DNA of 64,000 bases. Origin: Eledone cirrhosa. Taxonomy: Eukaryota. A model generated the notes under the pieces. It saw nothing but the letters and a program-made list of their open reading frames with translations. It was not told where the DNA came from and did no database searches. Below are positions 11,868-24,039 of this stretch, one piece after another (within the stretch, counting starts at the first letter, position 1; the number at the start of each line of letters is the position of its first letter). The stretch lies in assembly GCA_964016885.1 (NCBI GenBank), contig OZ024748.1, forward strand, positions 15,934,001 through 15,998,000. Direction: 5' to 3'. Made by a program: the position numbers and the translations under genes.

Positions 11868-12024
11868 GTATATGTATGAATCATCATATCATTTTCACCA
11901 TCTATATTGTATATTCACACAAACATTTATAGAGAATTTGGTACCTAGGAAACCACTACCTATGCAATGACGACAGCTGAAAAAAACAATAACAAAACAT
12001 ACAATATCCAATTTCTATTGCTTA
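11563..12024. repeat. About 150-bp inverted repeat flanking (TA)n and a half-copy of the 7.7 kb hairpin
   Basis: 11563-11716 is the diverged reverse complement of 11874-12024; 11770-11829 matches the left arm at 7709-7768. Confidence 0.85.
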
Positions 12025-12059
12025 TATATATATACACACATATATATATATATATATAT

Positions 12060-12138
<79 letters not shown>

Positions 12139-12165
12139 TACACATATATATATACACACACACAC

Positions 12166-12206
<41 letters not shown>

Positions 12207-12227
12207 TATATATATATACATATATAT

Positions 12228-12575
12228 GATGGCTGCCAACACGTTTTTGAGTACAGCCACTACTTTATATCCATGTAGGAGAACCCCTACCGATGCGCTG
12301 AACGAGTGTGACTTTTTAGTCCAGCCAGCGACTTGAAAACTCTGGTACAAACACTACACTTGTGACAATTATTGACACATACTGCTGGGCCCATGGTACC
12401 ATGTGACGACAAGTGCAGAGAGATCTCCAGATATAAAGCAATGCCTGTGCCATGAAGCTTTTATAGTGAGTAAAGGCACTGCACAAAGCCAGTCCCACTC
12501 TCTTAACCAAGATGATATTTACCAAAAAGAATAACAAGTCAACATCATTGGATACCATCAGGGTTGCAGGTGTTA
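12228..12575 (-). mobile_element. Dispersed repeat of about 350 bp (copy 1), possibly derived from an RTE 5' region
   Basis: High identity to 33852-34200. Confidence 0.75.
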
Positions 12576-12704
12576 TATATATATATACACACATATATAT
12601 ATACACACACACATATATATACATATATATATATACAACCACATATATATATACACATATATATATATATATACACACACATATATATATATATATACAC
12701 ACAC

Positions 12705-12759
<55 letters not shown>

Positions 12760-12832
12760 TATATATATATATACACACACATATATATATATACACACAC
12801 ATACATATATATACACATATATACATATATAT

Positions 12833-13057
12833 AGGAACGATAGGAACGATCGACTTTCGTCAAATTGGACCGAGGGAACAATGTTTCCGTTGGTCTTTCC
12901 AATTGCTAATACTATCTATCGGTCGCAACTCCAGGTAGAAGGAGCAACGTGAAATAAAGTGTCTTGCTCAAGGACATAACGCATCGCCTGGTCCAGTAAT
13001 CGAACTCACAACCTTACGATTGCGAATCCAATTCTCTAACCACTCAGCCACACGCCT
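12833..13057 (-). mobile_element. SINE family C (tRNA head, CORE/V-like domain, distinct tail)
   Basis: Minus strand GGCGTGTGGCTGAGTGGTTAGAG..GTTCGATT (A and B boxes), then GTCCTTGAGCAAGACACTT and tail GGAAACATTGTT..GGTCCAATTTGAC; further copies at 34507-34720, 52490-52740 and 54630-54827. Confidence 0.85.
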
Positions 13058-13070
13058 TCACTATATATAC

Positions 13071-13107
<37 letters not shown>

Positions 13108-13144
13108 TATATATTTATATATATATATATGCACACATATATAT

Positions 13145-13217
<73 letters not shown>

Positions 13218-13469
13218 TATACACACATATATATGAGACTACTCCTATATATATGCGTACTCATGTATATACATATGTGTACATGTGTATATACATAACT
13301 TTACACATTTAAACAATATTGAACATGCTGTGTAAACAAAATATTGATAATTAAGCAGGAAATTGTTCTAAATTTTTATATAAAAGCTAGGAATTAGGAA
13401 TTTTTGTTTTTTATTGATTCTTTTGTATTCTTTGCCCACACACCTCCTCCTCATCCTATCTCCCCCTTC

Positions 13470-13860
13470 CACATCATTAATATTACCATCATCATCATCA
13501 ACATCATCATCATTACCATCACTGTCAACATCATTATCATCACCATCATTATCACCACTGTCTTGATCATCACCACCACCATCAACATCATCAACACTAT
13601 CATCATTATCACCATCATCATCATCCTTCTCATCATCACCACCACCACCACCATCAGCAGCAGCAGCAGCATCATTACCATCACCATCCTCATCATCATC
13701 ATCACAATCATTGCCATCACTGCCATCATCATGTTTACCATCATCATCATCATCATCATCATCCTCATTACTATCACAGTCATCATCATTCTCGTCATCA
13801 TCATAACCATCACCATCATCATCATCAGCACCATTACCATCACTGTCATCATCATCATCT
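13470..13860. repeat. (CAT/CAC)n trinucleotide tract
   Basis: Directly visible. Confidence 0.95.
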
Positions 13861-13919
13861 ATCAATCTACATAACTTCCATATTAAAAGAACTTGGAAAT
13901 ATGTTTGTATTATTATCAT

Positions 13920-14103
13920 TAATTGTTTCTATTTTTGGCACAAGGCCAGCAATTACTTCAGTACATTACTGGTACTTTATTTTATCGACTCCGTAATGAT
14001 GAAAGGCAAAGTTAACCTCGGCGGGATTTGAACTCAGACCGTAATAGGACGTAACTATGCTAGAAAGCATGACGCCCAACCCTCTACCGATACTGCCTAT
14101 CAT
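13920..14103 (-). mobile_element. SINE family A, near full length
   Basis: tRNA-like head with GAGTTCAAATCC B box, core and tail. Confidence 0.85.
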
Positions 14104-14355
14104 TAATGACTTCCAAAATTGGAGTTCGGTTGGCAGCCACAATCTTTTGCATTGTGGCATTTAGTTCTCGTTTCACTTCACAGTCTGATTTCAAATCCTA
14201 CAGAGGCTAAACTTTTTCTGTTATCTTTCCAGAGCTGATTAATTAAAGTACTAGCTAAGAATCTGTAGAGATTTAAGAATATAATTGACTTTCTCATAAT
14301 TAAGCTGGTGTTTGGAACATAACACCTAGAAAGGTTCTCACATAAAATTATGATA

Positions 14356-14885
14356 GACCCAAGGTTTAGGTAGAACAAAGGTTTAGCTAGAGCCAAGGTT
14401 TAGCAAGACCCAAGGTTTAACAAGACCCAAGGTTTAACAAGACCCAAGGTTTAGGTAGAACAAAGGTTTAATTAGACCCAAGGTTTAGGTAGACCCAAGG
14501 TTTAGGTAAAGCCAAGGTTTAGGTAGAATCAAGGTTTAGCTAGAAACAAGGTTCAGGTAGACTCAAGGTTTAGAGATAGATCTAAGGTTTAGAGATGAAC
14601 CTAAGGTTGAGATAGACCCAAGGTTTAGAGGTAGACCTAAGGTTTTGTTAAATCTAAGCTTTAGGTAGTCGCAAGCTTTAGAGATAGACCCAAGATTTAG
14701 GTAAACCGAAGGTTTCGGTAGACTGAAGGTTTAGAGATAGACCCAATGTTTACGTAGACCCAAAGTTTAGAGATAGATCCAAGTTTTAGAGGTATACCCA
14801 AGGTTTAGAGGTAGACCCAACGTTTAGGTAGACCGAAGGTTTAGAGGTAGACCCAAGGTTTAGGTAGACCGAAAGTTTAGGTAGA
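14356..14885. repeat. 17-19 bp minisatellite (consensus about TAGACCCAAGGTTTAGG), roughly 30 units
   Basis: Directly visible tandem units. Confidence 0.9.
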
Positions 14886-15530
14886 AGACACTTACTCAAA
14901 ATCTCATGTAATAAAATCATGTAGTTTAGAGCTTGCTGTTAATTATAAATTGTAATTAGAGTTTATTACTTGGACTGGATTAAGGAGTTGGAGGAAATTT
15001 AGAGAGGTATTACATCTAATGGTAATAAAGGTCCCTCTCTCTCTCTCTCTTCTACCTTCTCTCTCTTTCGTCTCTCTCTCTCTCTCTCTCTGTCTCTCTT
15101 ACTTTCTTACTCTTTCTCTCTGTCTCTCTTACTTTCGCTCTCTCTCTATATATATATATCTATTACTCTCACTCTCTCTTTCTGTTACCCTCTATATATA
15201 TATATATATATATATTACTCTCACTCTCTCTCTATATATATATCTATTACTCTCTCTCTCTCTCTTACTATTTCTGCCACTTTCTCTTACCCATTCTCTT
15301 TCTTACTATTTCTCTCTCTATTTCTCTCTTTTTCTTTCTCTCATTCCAGCTCCCCCACCCCCACCTCCACCCCCACCCCCATCCCCCACCCCCCAACCAC
15401 ACACACACACGCAATAGGTGAGCTGTGAGCTTTATTAAACAAAGTGGACGAGATGTGACACTGCATAGTAATAAGACAGGAGCCTCAAATACAGAAGAGA
15501 AAAAATAAAAACATGTAAAGAGATTCTTAC

Positions 15531-15605
15531 TACCCATTATGATCCACTGATCTGTTGATCCGAGGAATATAAGCATGATCCAATGGATGTTTCACATTAA
15601 CTTCT
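15531..15605 (-). CDS. Candidate 75-nt coding exon of an unidentified host gene (EVNVKHPLDHAYIPRINRSVDHNG)
   Basis: Acceptor gtactttgtctttttAG, donor GTAAGA, length divisible by 3, only one open frame, non-repetitive sequence. Confidence 0.35.
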
Positions 15606-16269
15606 CTAAAAAGACAAAGTACTTTTGATCTGTGTTGGCCATTATTAATTTTATTGGTCAATTTGTGCTGGAGACATGACACGACAGAAAATGGTGTGGA
15701 ACATGTGATATAAATGGATGGAAAGTATTGGCTGATAACATACCACCATGAACTGAGGATAATAGATAATGTTGTTGTTGTTAATGGTGGTGGTATTGTT
15801 GTTGTTATTGGCGTTGTTGGTGTTGTTGTTGCTGCTATTATTGCTGCTGTTGTTGTTGTCATTGTTGGTGGTGTTGCTGTTAGTGTTGTGGTGTTGCTAA
15901 TGCTGTTGCTATTGGTGGTGGTGGTGGTGGTGGTGGTATTGTAGTTCCTGCTATTGTTGCTATTGCTGTTGTTGCTATTGTTGTTGTTGCTGTTGCTTAA
16001 TCTCATCTCATTACAAAGAACCTTGTAGAGAGAGACCAAACATGAATCTATGTACATTTCAAACATACGTATTAACGCTTTTGTTACATTATTTCTTATG
16101 AAAATCTCTGCCAATGTTTTGTGTTTCAATTAACTTAGATAACAATGAAAAATTGGAAAGGATTTACTCTGATAAATAATTTCTCATTATCAATCTAGTG
16201 TTTGGAACATAACTTAACAAAGGTTCTTAAGCAATATTATGCTGGAAGGTTTTTTTAGATAAGTATAAA

Positions 16270-16548
16270 TACCCAGCCCTCCCTGTAGAATGGTCGTGTT
16301 GGTGACATTACAAAAAGTGCCCAGTCCACCTGGTGAAATGGTTGTGCTGGTGACACATCAAAGAAAATCCAGTCCAACCTGTTAGTCGGTTGTTTTGGTA
16401 CCACAAAAAAAAACCACCCAACCCACACTGTAAATGTAATTGTTGGGAAGGGAATAGAAACCAAGCCTGACTTGTTTCACAACAGGAGAATTCGTTTAAC
16501 CCATGCTAGTATGGAAAAATTTACATTAAACAGTGATGATGATGATGA
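16270..16548 (+). mobile_element. RTE-tail SINE with tandem internal units
   Basis: Repeated GGTGACA..AAAA..CCAGTCCA units, then CCATGCTAGTATGGAA..(GAT)n tail. Confidence 0.7.
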
Positions 16549-17449
16549 TAAACACTTTAAAATAAATAGTTTTGTATCAGTTTCAGAAGTAGTTTGGTAT
16601 CAAAAGATTTAAAGACCATATTTATTATGAAATACATTCTCTTTCATTTAATTTGTGAAGAATTTACAGAAATTCTTCTTTATTTTATTTTTACAACAAT
16701 AACTAAACATATAGTTCTTAGATAAAATTATGAAACAATTTTAATCAAAATAGGAACCCTTTAAAATGGGTGGTTTTATTTCATAGAACCCGAGTTGGTT
16801 TTGGCCAGGTTGTTACCAAAAGGGTTGAATATAAATATGTGAGTTGTATTGTTTTCTTACTCATGTCACCTATATTTTCATGTCACAGAGATTAACGTAT
16901 ATTTGTCATATAAATCAATCTTAATCTTTCTGTCAGCATATTTCATATAAAATACACACACTTCACTTAATTAAAGAATATTCATGTGGGATTTATTGAA
17001 ATTATCAATTAAAGTATTATAGGTTACTACAGCGTAAAATGGATGATAGATTTTAGAATAAATTGAAGGTAACAAAGATGTTGATGAGTCATTTGTTATT
17101 TTATTTACTTGTCCTAATATTTTTGGGCTATAAACCCTTTGTCAAAAGACTATAATAAGAAACTGGCTCAGAGTTCATGTTTCTGTTGTTATAGGCTTGC
17201 CATTCTTTTCCTTTGTTTGCAAGCAGTGATCTATATTTAATTTCTAAGATAAAAACTTAATATTTGGTTCTTATATATAAATATGTTGGAAGATTTTAAT
17301 TTTAATAGTAACCCTTTTTAAAATGGGTGGTTTTGGTTCATTGAACCAAAGCTAGTTTTCTTTCAGAAGAGTTGGGTTCACTGATTTCTCATACCACATA
17401 GGAAGAAATTTATACATAGTTTTCCCAGTATATTTCCACATAATATTTC

Positions 17450-17650
17450 AAAGTTATCACCCTCTTTTCAAATGTTCTAACATTAAGTTCTAATATTAAG
17501 CACACATCTAGTAATGAGGTGACATATGAAGTTTGTCTGTTTTCCACAAACCTTTTCTAAAATTTCTCAGTTATTGACCTCTTTTCAAAAGTTCTAACAT
17601 TAAGCATACATCTAATAATGAGATGACATATGAAATTTGCCTGTTTTCCT
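17450..17650. repeat. Tandem duplication of about 118 bp
   Basis: CCTCTTTTCAAA..TTCTAACATTAAG..CATCTA..GACATATGAA.TTTG occurs twice. Confidence 0.8.
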
Positions 17651-18422
17651 TTGCTAAAATTTCAATTCATTAAAACAAGGTGGTGCATACTAAATTTTTA
17701 AATAGTCTTTCTGCAAAGAAAGAAAAAAAAAAAGCAAACACCCACCAAAACAACAAAAAAAGCAACAGAAAACAAAAACATAAATTTAATGTTTGATGCA
17801 ACCTTTTAATAACACACCGGGTGATAGATTTAATCATTTATTTTATTATTTTTTATTTTCCCAAGAATAAATTTTACTTGAATTCAATTAATTATCCTTT
17901 TAGTAAACGAATCCAAAATAGTGTTTTACTTCATTAGACATTAAAAATTAGTGGAATTTTTAAGGTTTTACGGTTCAGTTAAATCTGTTATGTTTGTCCA
18001 TCAAAAAATATTGTTTTCTAATGTTTCTGTGTGAGATTTCTAATCTCTGCGGAATTTTTTTTTGAGGGGTGGTGGTGCAAAAACGCCTTGATTAATAAAT
18101 GATAAATAGTTAAAAATGGAGGCAACGTTGATGTAATTGGCTATGAAATGTGAAGTATTTAAATATTTATGGATAATGGTAATTGATTAGAAAAGAGTTG
18201 GGAATGAAACAGAGGCTTCCTGTAAAATATCTTCAAATTCTTGCATCATATAAAACCTATGAAATATGGAAACGGTTTCTGTTTATGTTTGGTCTAATCA
18301 CTATTGATATTCTAGCTGACCCCATGGAAATTGCAAAGTTGAATTAGAAATAACCATCAAATAGTGAAGATAAATATGACATATTAAATGTTTTATTTAT
18401 AAGTTATATATATATATATATA

Positions 18423-18815
18423 TATATCAACTAGAAATTGATTGACATATATATATATTTAAAATAAACACATGAAACAATCACAGGGGATAATTTGTAA
18501 AGTGTGTAATCACACATAGCTAGGTAGGTAACTAATTAAAGTTTAACTAGAGCTTCAAATATTACCTTTTAAAAAATGATTAAAAAATGATTAATTTTTA
18601 AAAGGTAATATTTGAAGCTCTAGTTAAACTTTAATTAGTTACCTACCTAGCTATGTGTGATTACACACTTTATAAATTTGTTTCATGTGTTTATTTCTAG
18701 TTGATATAAAATGCTCTGATCTATTCATTGGAATCTTTGAGCTTATTCTACAGTGGATATGGCGTATGTCTCGGACATGACTCCCTTAATTTAATTTAAT
18801 TGAATTAATTTTGGA
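18423..18815. repeat. Long palindrome (about 85-bp near-perfect arms plus outer arms) with a unique tail, inside (TA)n
   Basis: 18492-18575 is the reverse complement of 18595-18678; the outer TATATCAACTAGAAAT and AAACACATGAAACAA also pair. Confidence 0.9.
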
Positions 18816-19603
18816 TATATATATATATATATATATATATAGTATACATTCCACTAATGTATTGAGTACCTTACTTACTGTGGTTACCCCTGGTTAAAAC
18901 ACAGTTGGTCAATTGTTTAATAAACTTACTGATTACTTACTGATTAATTGTTTAATAAACTTACTGATTACTATATATATATGTATGTATGTATATATAT
19001 ATAGATATACATATATATACACAGATAAGATATACAGTATTCTGTTCAGAGTATGTATACTGTATTCCTGGATGTCTTAGAGGCGACTAAAAGGGTTGAT
19101 ACAAGGAAGGCCATCTGACCATAAAGCATTGGACTCCAAGATAAACCCTGTCATGAGGTATGCAAGGCTAACTGCAGTTCTAGTAGAAAGAAAAAACAGC
19201 CTTAAAACATTTTTTCTGGAAGTTTAAGTACTTAATTACATATATACAGTACAAGGAAATAAATGAACTAAATTTAATAAATGACACTTATAACATGAGG
19301 ATAAAGGATATTTTTCATATCTCTCTTTCACAAACATATATGTATGTTTATGATACAACTAGAGGATGCTATGATTAAAAGACGCAAGGAACTTCCTGCA
19401 AGATGAAAGCTTATAGGAGGCCAACTAATTCTGTACAGGTTTAAGCTGTAATTTTCCTCATTTTTTTCAATGTTCAAGACCCATATTTAATGGCTCTTAG
19501 ACATGCACAAAACCCTATGCCCAGTCCTTCTTTACCTAAATGTTGATGCTTTGCCATTCCCTCCATGGAAATGTTTTCTCTGCATCTATCAACTTGCAAA
19601 GGC

Positions 19604-19860
19604 CCATGGCCTAGTGGTCATAATGTTGTGGATTTGATGCCTGGGCTGGGTTGTGTGTTGTGTTATTGAGCAACACACTTCATTTCATGTTGCTCCAGTA
19701 TACTCAGCTGAAAATGGGTACTAGCAATAGCTGGGGGTTTAATCCTGCAATGGACTGGTGTCTTGTCCAGGGGAAGTCTTATACTCTCAGTTTCTTAATG
19801 CCTTGAAAGCGGAATAAGCACCGGCCTGATGAGCCTCCTGGGCTCAAGACAAACTTTAAA
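19604..19860 (+). mobile_element. SINE family B (tRNA head, CORE/V-like domain)
   Basis: TGGCCTAGTGG head, TTGAGCAA.ACACTT, CACTCAGCTG-type motif, GATGGACTGG-type motif and CCGGCCTGATGAGCC tail; second full copy at 29843-30125. Confidence 0.75.
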
Positions 19861-21248
19861 CATATCAACCTGCAACTATTCAAGACAGAATTGAACTACA
19901 TTAATCTTAATCCTATCAGTCTCAGAGGGACAGTCCCCTTTCTCCATAGGACTAAAATATTTTTTAAAAATACCAATAAACAAAAACTACCACCAGCAAC
20001 AACAACAAATCACTGGTTATTAGTGTATTTGATTGGAAAATTATTATTTATTGATCTCACATCCAATACTGTCAAGAAGTAGAATCCCCAAAACGTAAAA
20101 AATTCCACTCGAAACGCAATTCTTTCAATCCTTATCAATCATCTTCAGTTTGATAACGATCTCTCTCTCTCTTCCTCTCTCTCCTTATTTTTTTTAGAAA
20201 ACATAAAATTAAAAGCCATATTAATTTAATTAATTTTGTCAAAATAAGTCCTTGTCCAATACTGCATCAGAGGTAATTCTCCGATCCCTCATACTGTTGG
20301 AAGCAATCAGTAACATCACAAGATCTAATAACGCCCTTCACCACCCCACTCACACACTCACACATACTTATTCTGCCACCACCACCACTGTCACTCTTGT
20401 TGGCCTAATGATAGGACTGGCCCTATGTAGTAACATCACATGACCTAATAATGCCCCCTCCCCCACCACTACACACACATACTCTATCACCAACACACAC
20501 ATATATTCAACCATATCTCTTTCTCACATTCTTTTCTTCTCTGGAAGAAATCTGCAGTGTTCAGACATGGAGAGGGATGGGCTTAGCCAGGCTTAAACTG
20601 CCCACCAAATGTTGTTGTCACTATGGTGTCCTTATGACTCCATCGGGCATTACAGGACCATACTATTTTCTACCATGATCTTTGTAAATAAAAGGTGTAT
20701 GGCTTAGTGGTTAGATTATTGGACACATGATCATAAGGCCATGGGTTCTATTCCAGGATCTGTCAGTGCATTGTATTCTTCAGCAAGACTTTTCATTTCA
20801 CATTGCTTTTCATGATAAGACTAAAGACTATCATTGAAACACCGGAAAACCGCATATGAATGCAGCTTTATAGGAAGTTAGCTTAATCTACATAAGTGCA
20901 AACTGTGTTTATTTTTTCTCTCTTTTGCATGCAGTTTGAAAGAATGTGAATACTGCATTTGAAGAAAACCATAATTGTTTATATGTAATACATTCAGAGA
21001 GGAAGAAAAGCAATTCTACATAAATTCTGCATATGCAATAACTTTAACTTTGTTTCAAAGATAAGGATAAAGAATAATTATAAATAATGGCTCCTCTTTG
21101 ATAATTAAAACAAGAGGAATGTATATGCTTAACATATAAAACAACATGAAAGAGGAACATCTCTAGAGAATTATAAGAATGATAATAGAATAGAAATATT
21201 AGAGGAATAAAGAAAAATATTCAAGAATTTGAAGGAATGGTAACTCAC

Positions 21249-21290
21249 ATGAAGCAGTGAAAACTCTGTCATTTTCTCGTTGTGAAAGAC
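21249..21290 (-). CDS. Candidate 42-nt exon ((G)LSQRENDRVFTAS or VFHNEKMTEFSLLH)
   Basis: Acceptor tgattttattcAG, donor GTGAGT; a 198-nt intron separates it from another GTGAGT donor at 21483-21488. Confidence 0.3.
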
Positions 21291-21412
21291 CTGAATAAAA
21301 TCAATTACCTATTGTCTCTTATTTAATTAAAGTTCTTTTATTATCATTTCTTCACCATTTTTAACAATGGATTGTTTTTTCCGTTTTTGCTTATTAGTAA
21401 TAATTTATATAG

Positions 21413-21495
21413 AACTAATAATGTTATTTCTGATTCTATATTATTTCTTTTCATTTCTTGTATTTGTTGTTGCAGGTAAGTAACTCACCTGTATG
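21413..21495 (+). promoter_or_regulatory. Candidate recursive splice site (AG|GTAAGT at 21475/21476) overlapping an antisense donor
   Basis: CTAAT branch-like motif near 21415, about 60 nt AG-free U-rich tract, then TGCAG immediately followed by a perfect GTAAGT. Confidence 0.4.
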
Positions 21496-22609
21496 TTGTT
21501 TAATGTTAAATACTCTATCTTATTTGAAAGGATGTAATGCACTTGTCCCTCAATTGATTTCTTACAATATAATTAAGATGTTCGGAACTGCGTAATTTGC
21601 AATATTACCGAGTGCAAATTCTTCAATGACTTTTTGGTAAGAATCTATTTTGGGCTAATGACATTTTTTCCAAAGGCTCTTTTCACATTAGCTACATTCA
21701 TACATAATACAACAAAATCTAATTTAATAGAAGACAGGAATAAAACAAGCAGTTTAGGATCTCTAAATATATAATTACACTTTAAGAAATAGTAATATTT
21801 AGACATATAATGAAACTAGATCTTAATTAGATCATAAAAATATAATGCTATGGCATGTGTCACAGACCAAAATACAGTCAATACGTGCATCAATGAAATA
21901 ACTTTACAACATTGTATGATTTGATAGCTCTGCCAATAGAGATTGACAAGACTAAGAAAAGATTCTAAATTGATATTTTTTTTCTTTCAATCGTTTTACA
22001 TCAATAATTCTTGTAACTGAGTTATGACCTAGTGATATCCCCACCAGCACCACCAAAGATACACCATTCTTTGTCAATCCAATCTAAGAAAAAGGAAAAA
22101 GAGCTGATTATCAGATCGAACAAAGGAAATAATGTTTTCTTTGGTATTTCCATTGCTGGTAAAATCTTCCATTTTGTAACCCCTGGCAGAAAGAAGACAG
22201 GATTTGAACTTGACATATTAGCACACACACAAAACCAGATCAAATAAAATGGAAGGCAGAGCTCAGTTGACCTCAGCAAGATTTGAACTCGGGAAACACA
22301 GAGCGAGATCAAATACCAGAAGGCATCTCCTTCAACAGTAATAATTCCACCAATCCACAACACCTGGACGGGACTTTATTTATCAACCACAAAAGGATAA
22401 AACACAAATTTGACCTCAGCAGCATTTGACCTCAGAGTACACAGAGCCAGAACAAATACCAAGGCAGTTAATCCAACCTCACTAAAATATATTCCTTATA
22501 TTCCCTTACAAGGAAGGTACATTGGTTTATTTATCATAGGAACCTAACAAATCTTGTTTCAGAAATCATATACATATATACACATATATAAATATACATA
22601 TACGTATAT

Positions 22610-22650
<41 letters not shown>

Positions 22651-22988
22651 TATATACATATATATAAATATAGATACACATATATACACATATATATACA
22701 CATATAAATATACATATACATATATACACATACATATACACATATATATATATACATACACATATATACACATACATATACACATATATATATACATACA
22801 CATACATATATACACACATATATATATATATATACATACAGATACATATATACACATACATATACACATATATATATATATGACCATCACTCCAATTTGA
22901 ATTCCATTTCAGTTTCAGCAAAATAATTCATGCTACGGAAAGAATAAAATATTGATTCAGTATTTAGAGTCAGATAAGAATATAGACA

Positions 22989-23388
22989 GGAGGCACATGG
23001 CTTAGTGGTTAGAGCATTGGCCTTGCAATCGAAAGGTTGTGAGTTCAATTTCAGACCGAGTGATGTGTTGTTTCCTTGAGCAAGATACTTTATTTCACAT
23101 TGCTCCAGTTTACTCAGCTGTAGAAATGAGATGATAGGGACTGGGGTCCCTATCATTCCACTGCAAAGTGGTCATGGAGGTGCCACGGCAAAAAAGCACC
23201 CACCAGCCCACACTGTAAAGTGGCCGTGTAGACACCACGGAAAAAAAGCACCCAGCACTCACTGTAAATGAGGTTGGTGTTAGGAAGTGAATCCAGCTGT
23301 AGAAATCAAGCTAGAATCAGTTCCCGTCCCACCCTTGCAAGCAGGGAAAAGCGGACGTAAAATGATGATGATGATGATGATGATGATT
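22989..23388 (+). mobile_element. SINE family B head followed by RTE 3' UTR copy
   Basis: GGAGGCACATGGCTTAGTGGTTAGAG..GAGTTCAATT head; 23155-23388 closely matches the 3' UTR of the RTE at 51286-51560 and ends in (GAT)n. Confidence 0.8.
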
Positions 23389-23739
23389 AGAATATAGGAT
23401 AGAATGCTCTATGCTATTCGTTCTGGTTCTCTGCTCTCTGAGTTCAAATCTTGCCGAGGTCAATAAAAATAGTACCAGTCCAGAACTGGAGTCCATTCTA
23501 CCTCTGTGTCTTTTTCTCACTTTCTTTCTCTCACTCTTGATCCTTTTCTGGAGAAAAACTGCAGTGTTCAGACCTGGAGAGAGATGGGCTTAAAATGGTC
23601 TTAAAATGTCTCAGAAACGCTGTATGCCACTATGATTTTATCAGGAGTTATAGGAACACACCATAGCCAAGAATACAGACAATTTCTTATATTAACCTTT
23701 TACATACCAAAATACTTTAACCCACTTACATATTTCTAT

Positions 23740-24020
23740 AAGAAATATATGCCGGACTCCCACGCATATCTGTCGTTGTACTTAAAAGGAGAGTACGATT
23801 TGCTGGCCACTGTCATCGTGCCACCTATGAGGCTGTTTCCCCATTAGTCTTTCGAAACCATAAGCAGTCACTAATAACAGGGGGCACAGGCTCTCCTATC
23901 CCAATGTCATCTCCAGAGATTCTGGTATTGAAATCCAGGATTTGGCAGCAGCAATGAACGACAGACACATATGGAGATCAATTGTTGAGTCTATTTCAGC
24001 TGAAGCCACCGGATGATGAT
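23740..24020 (+). mobile_element. RTE LINE C-terminal fragment (second RTE family)
   Basis: Manual translation EIYAGLPRISVVVLKRRVRFAGHCHR..(frameshift)..LSYPNVISRDSGIEIQDLAAAMNDRHIWRSIV, then TGATGA tail. Confidence 0.75.
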
Positions 24021-24039
24021 ATATACTATTGCATTTTCA

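Noticed and set aside
12990-13057. tRNA-like sequences (also near 22989, 29843, 34650 and 35775)
   Set aside because: A and B boxes continue into SINE cores with no complete cloverleaf; these are SINE heads
13368-13919. Asp-rich ORF
   Set aside because: Translation of a (GAT)n microsatellite; all frames are low complexity
14356-14885. Telomere-like TTTAGG motifs
   Set aside because: Part of a 17-19 bp unit, not tandem TTAGGG
19826-19850. CTGATGAG motifs at 19826 and 30097 as hammerheads
   Set aside because: No downstream GAAA core; part of the SINE B tail
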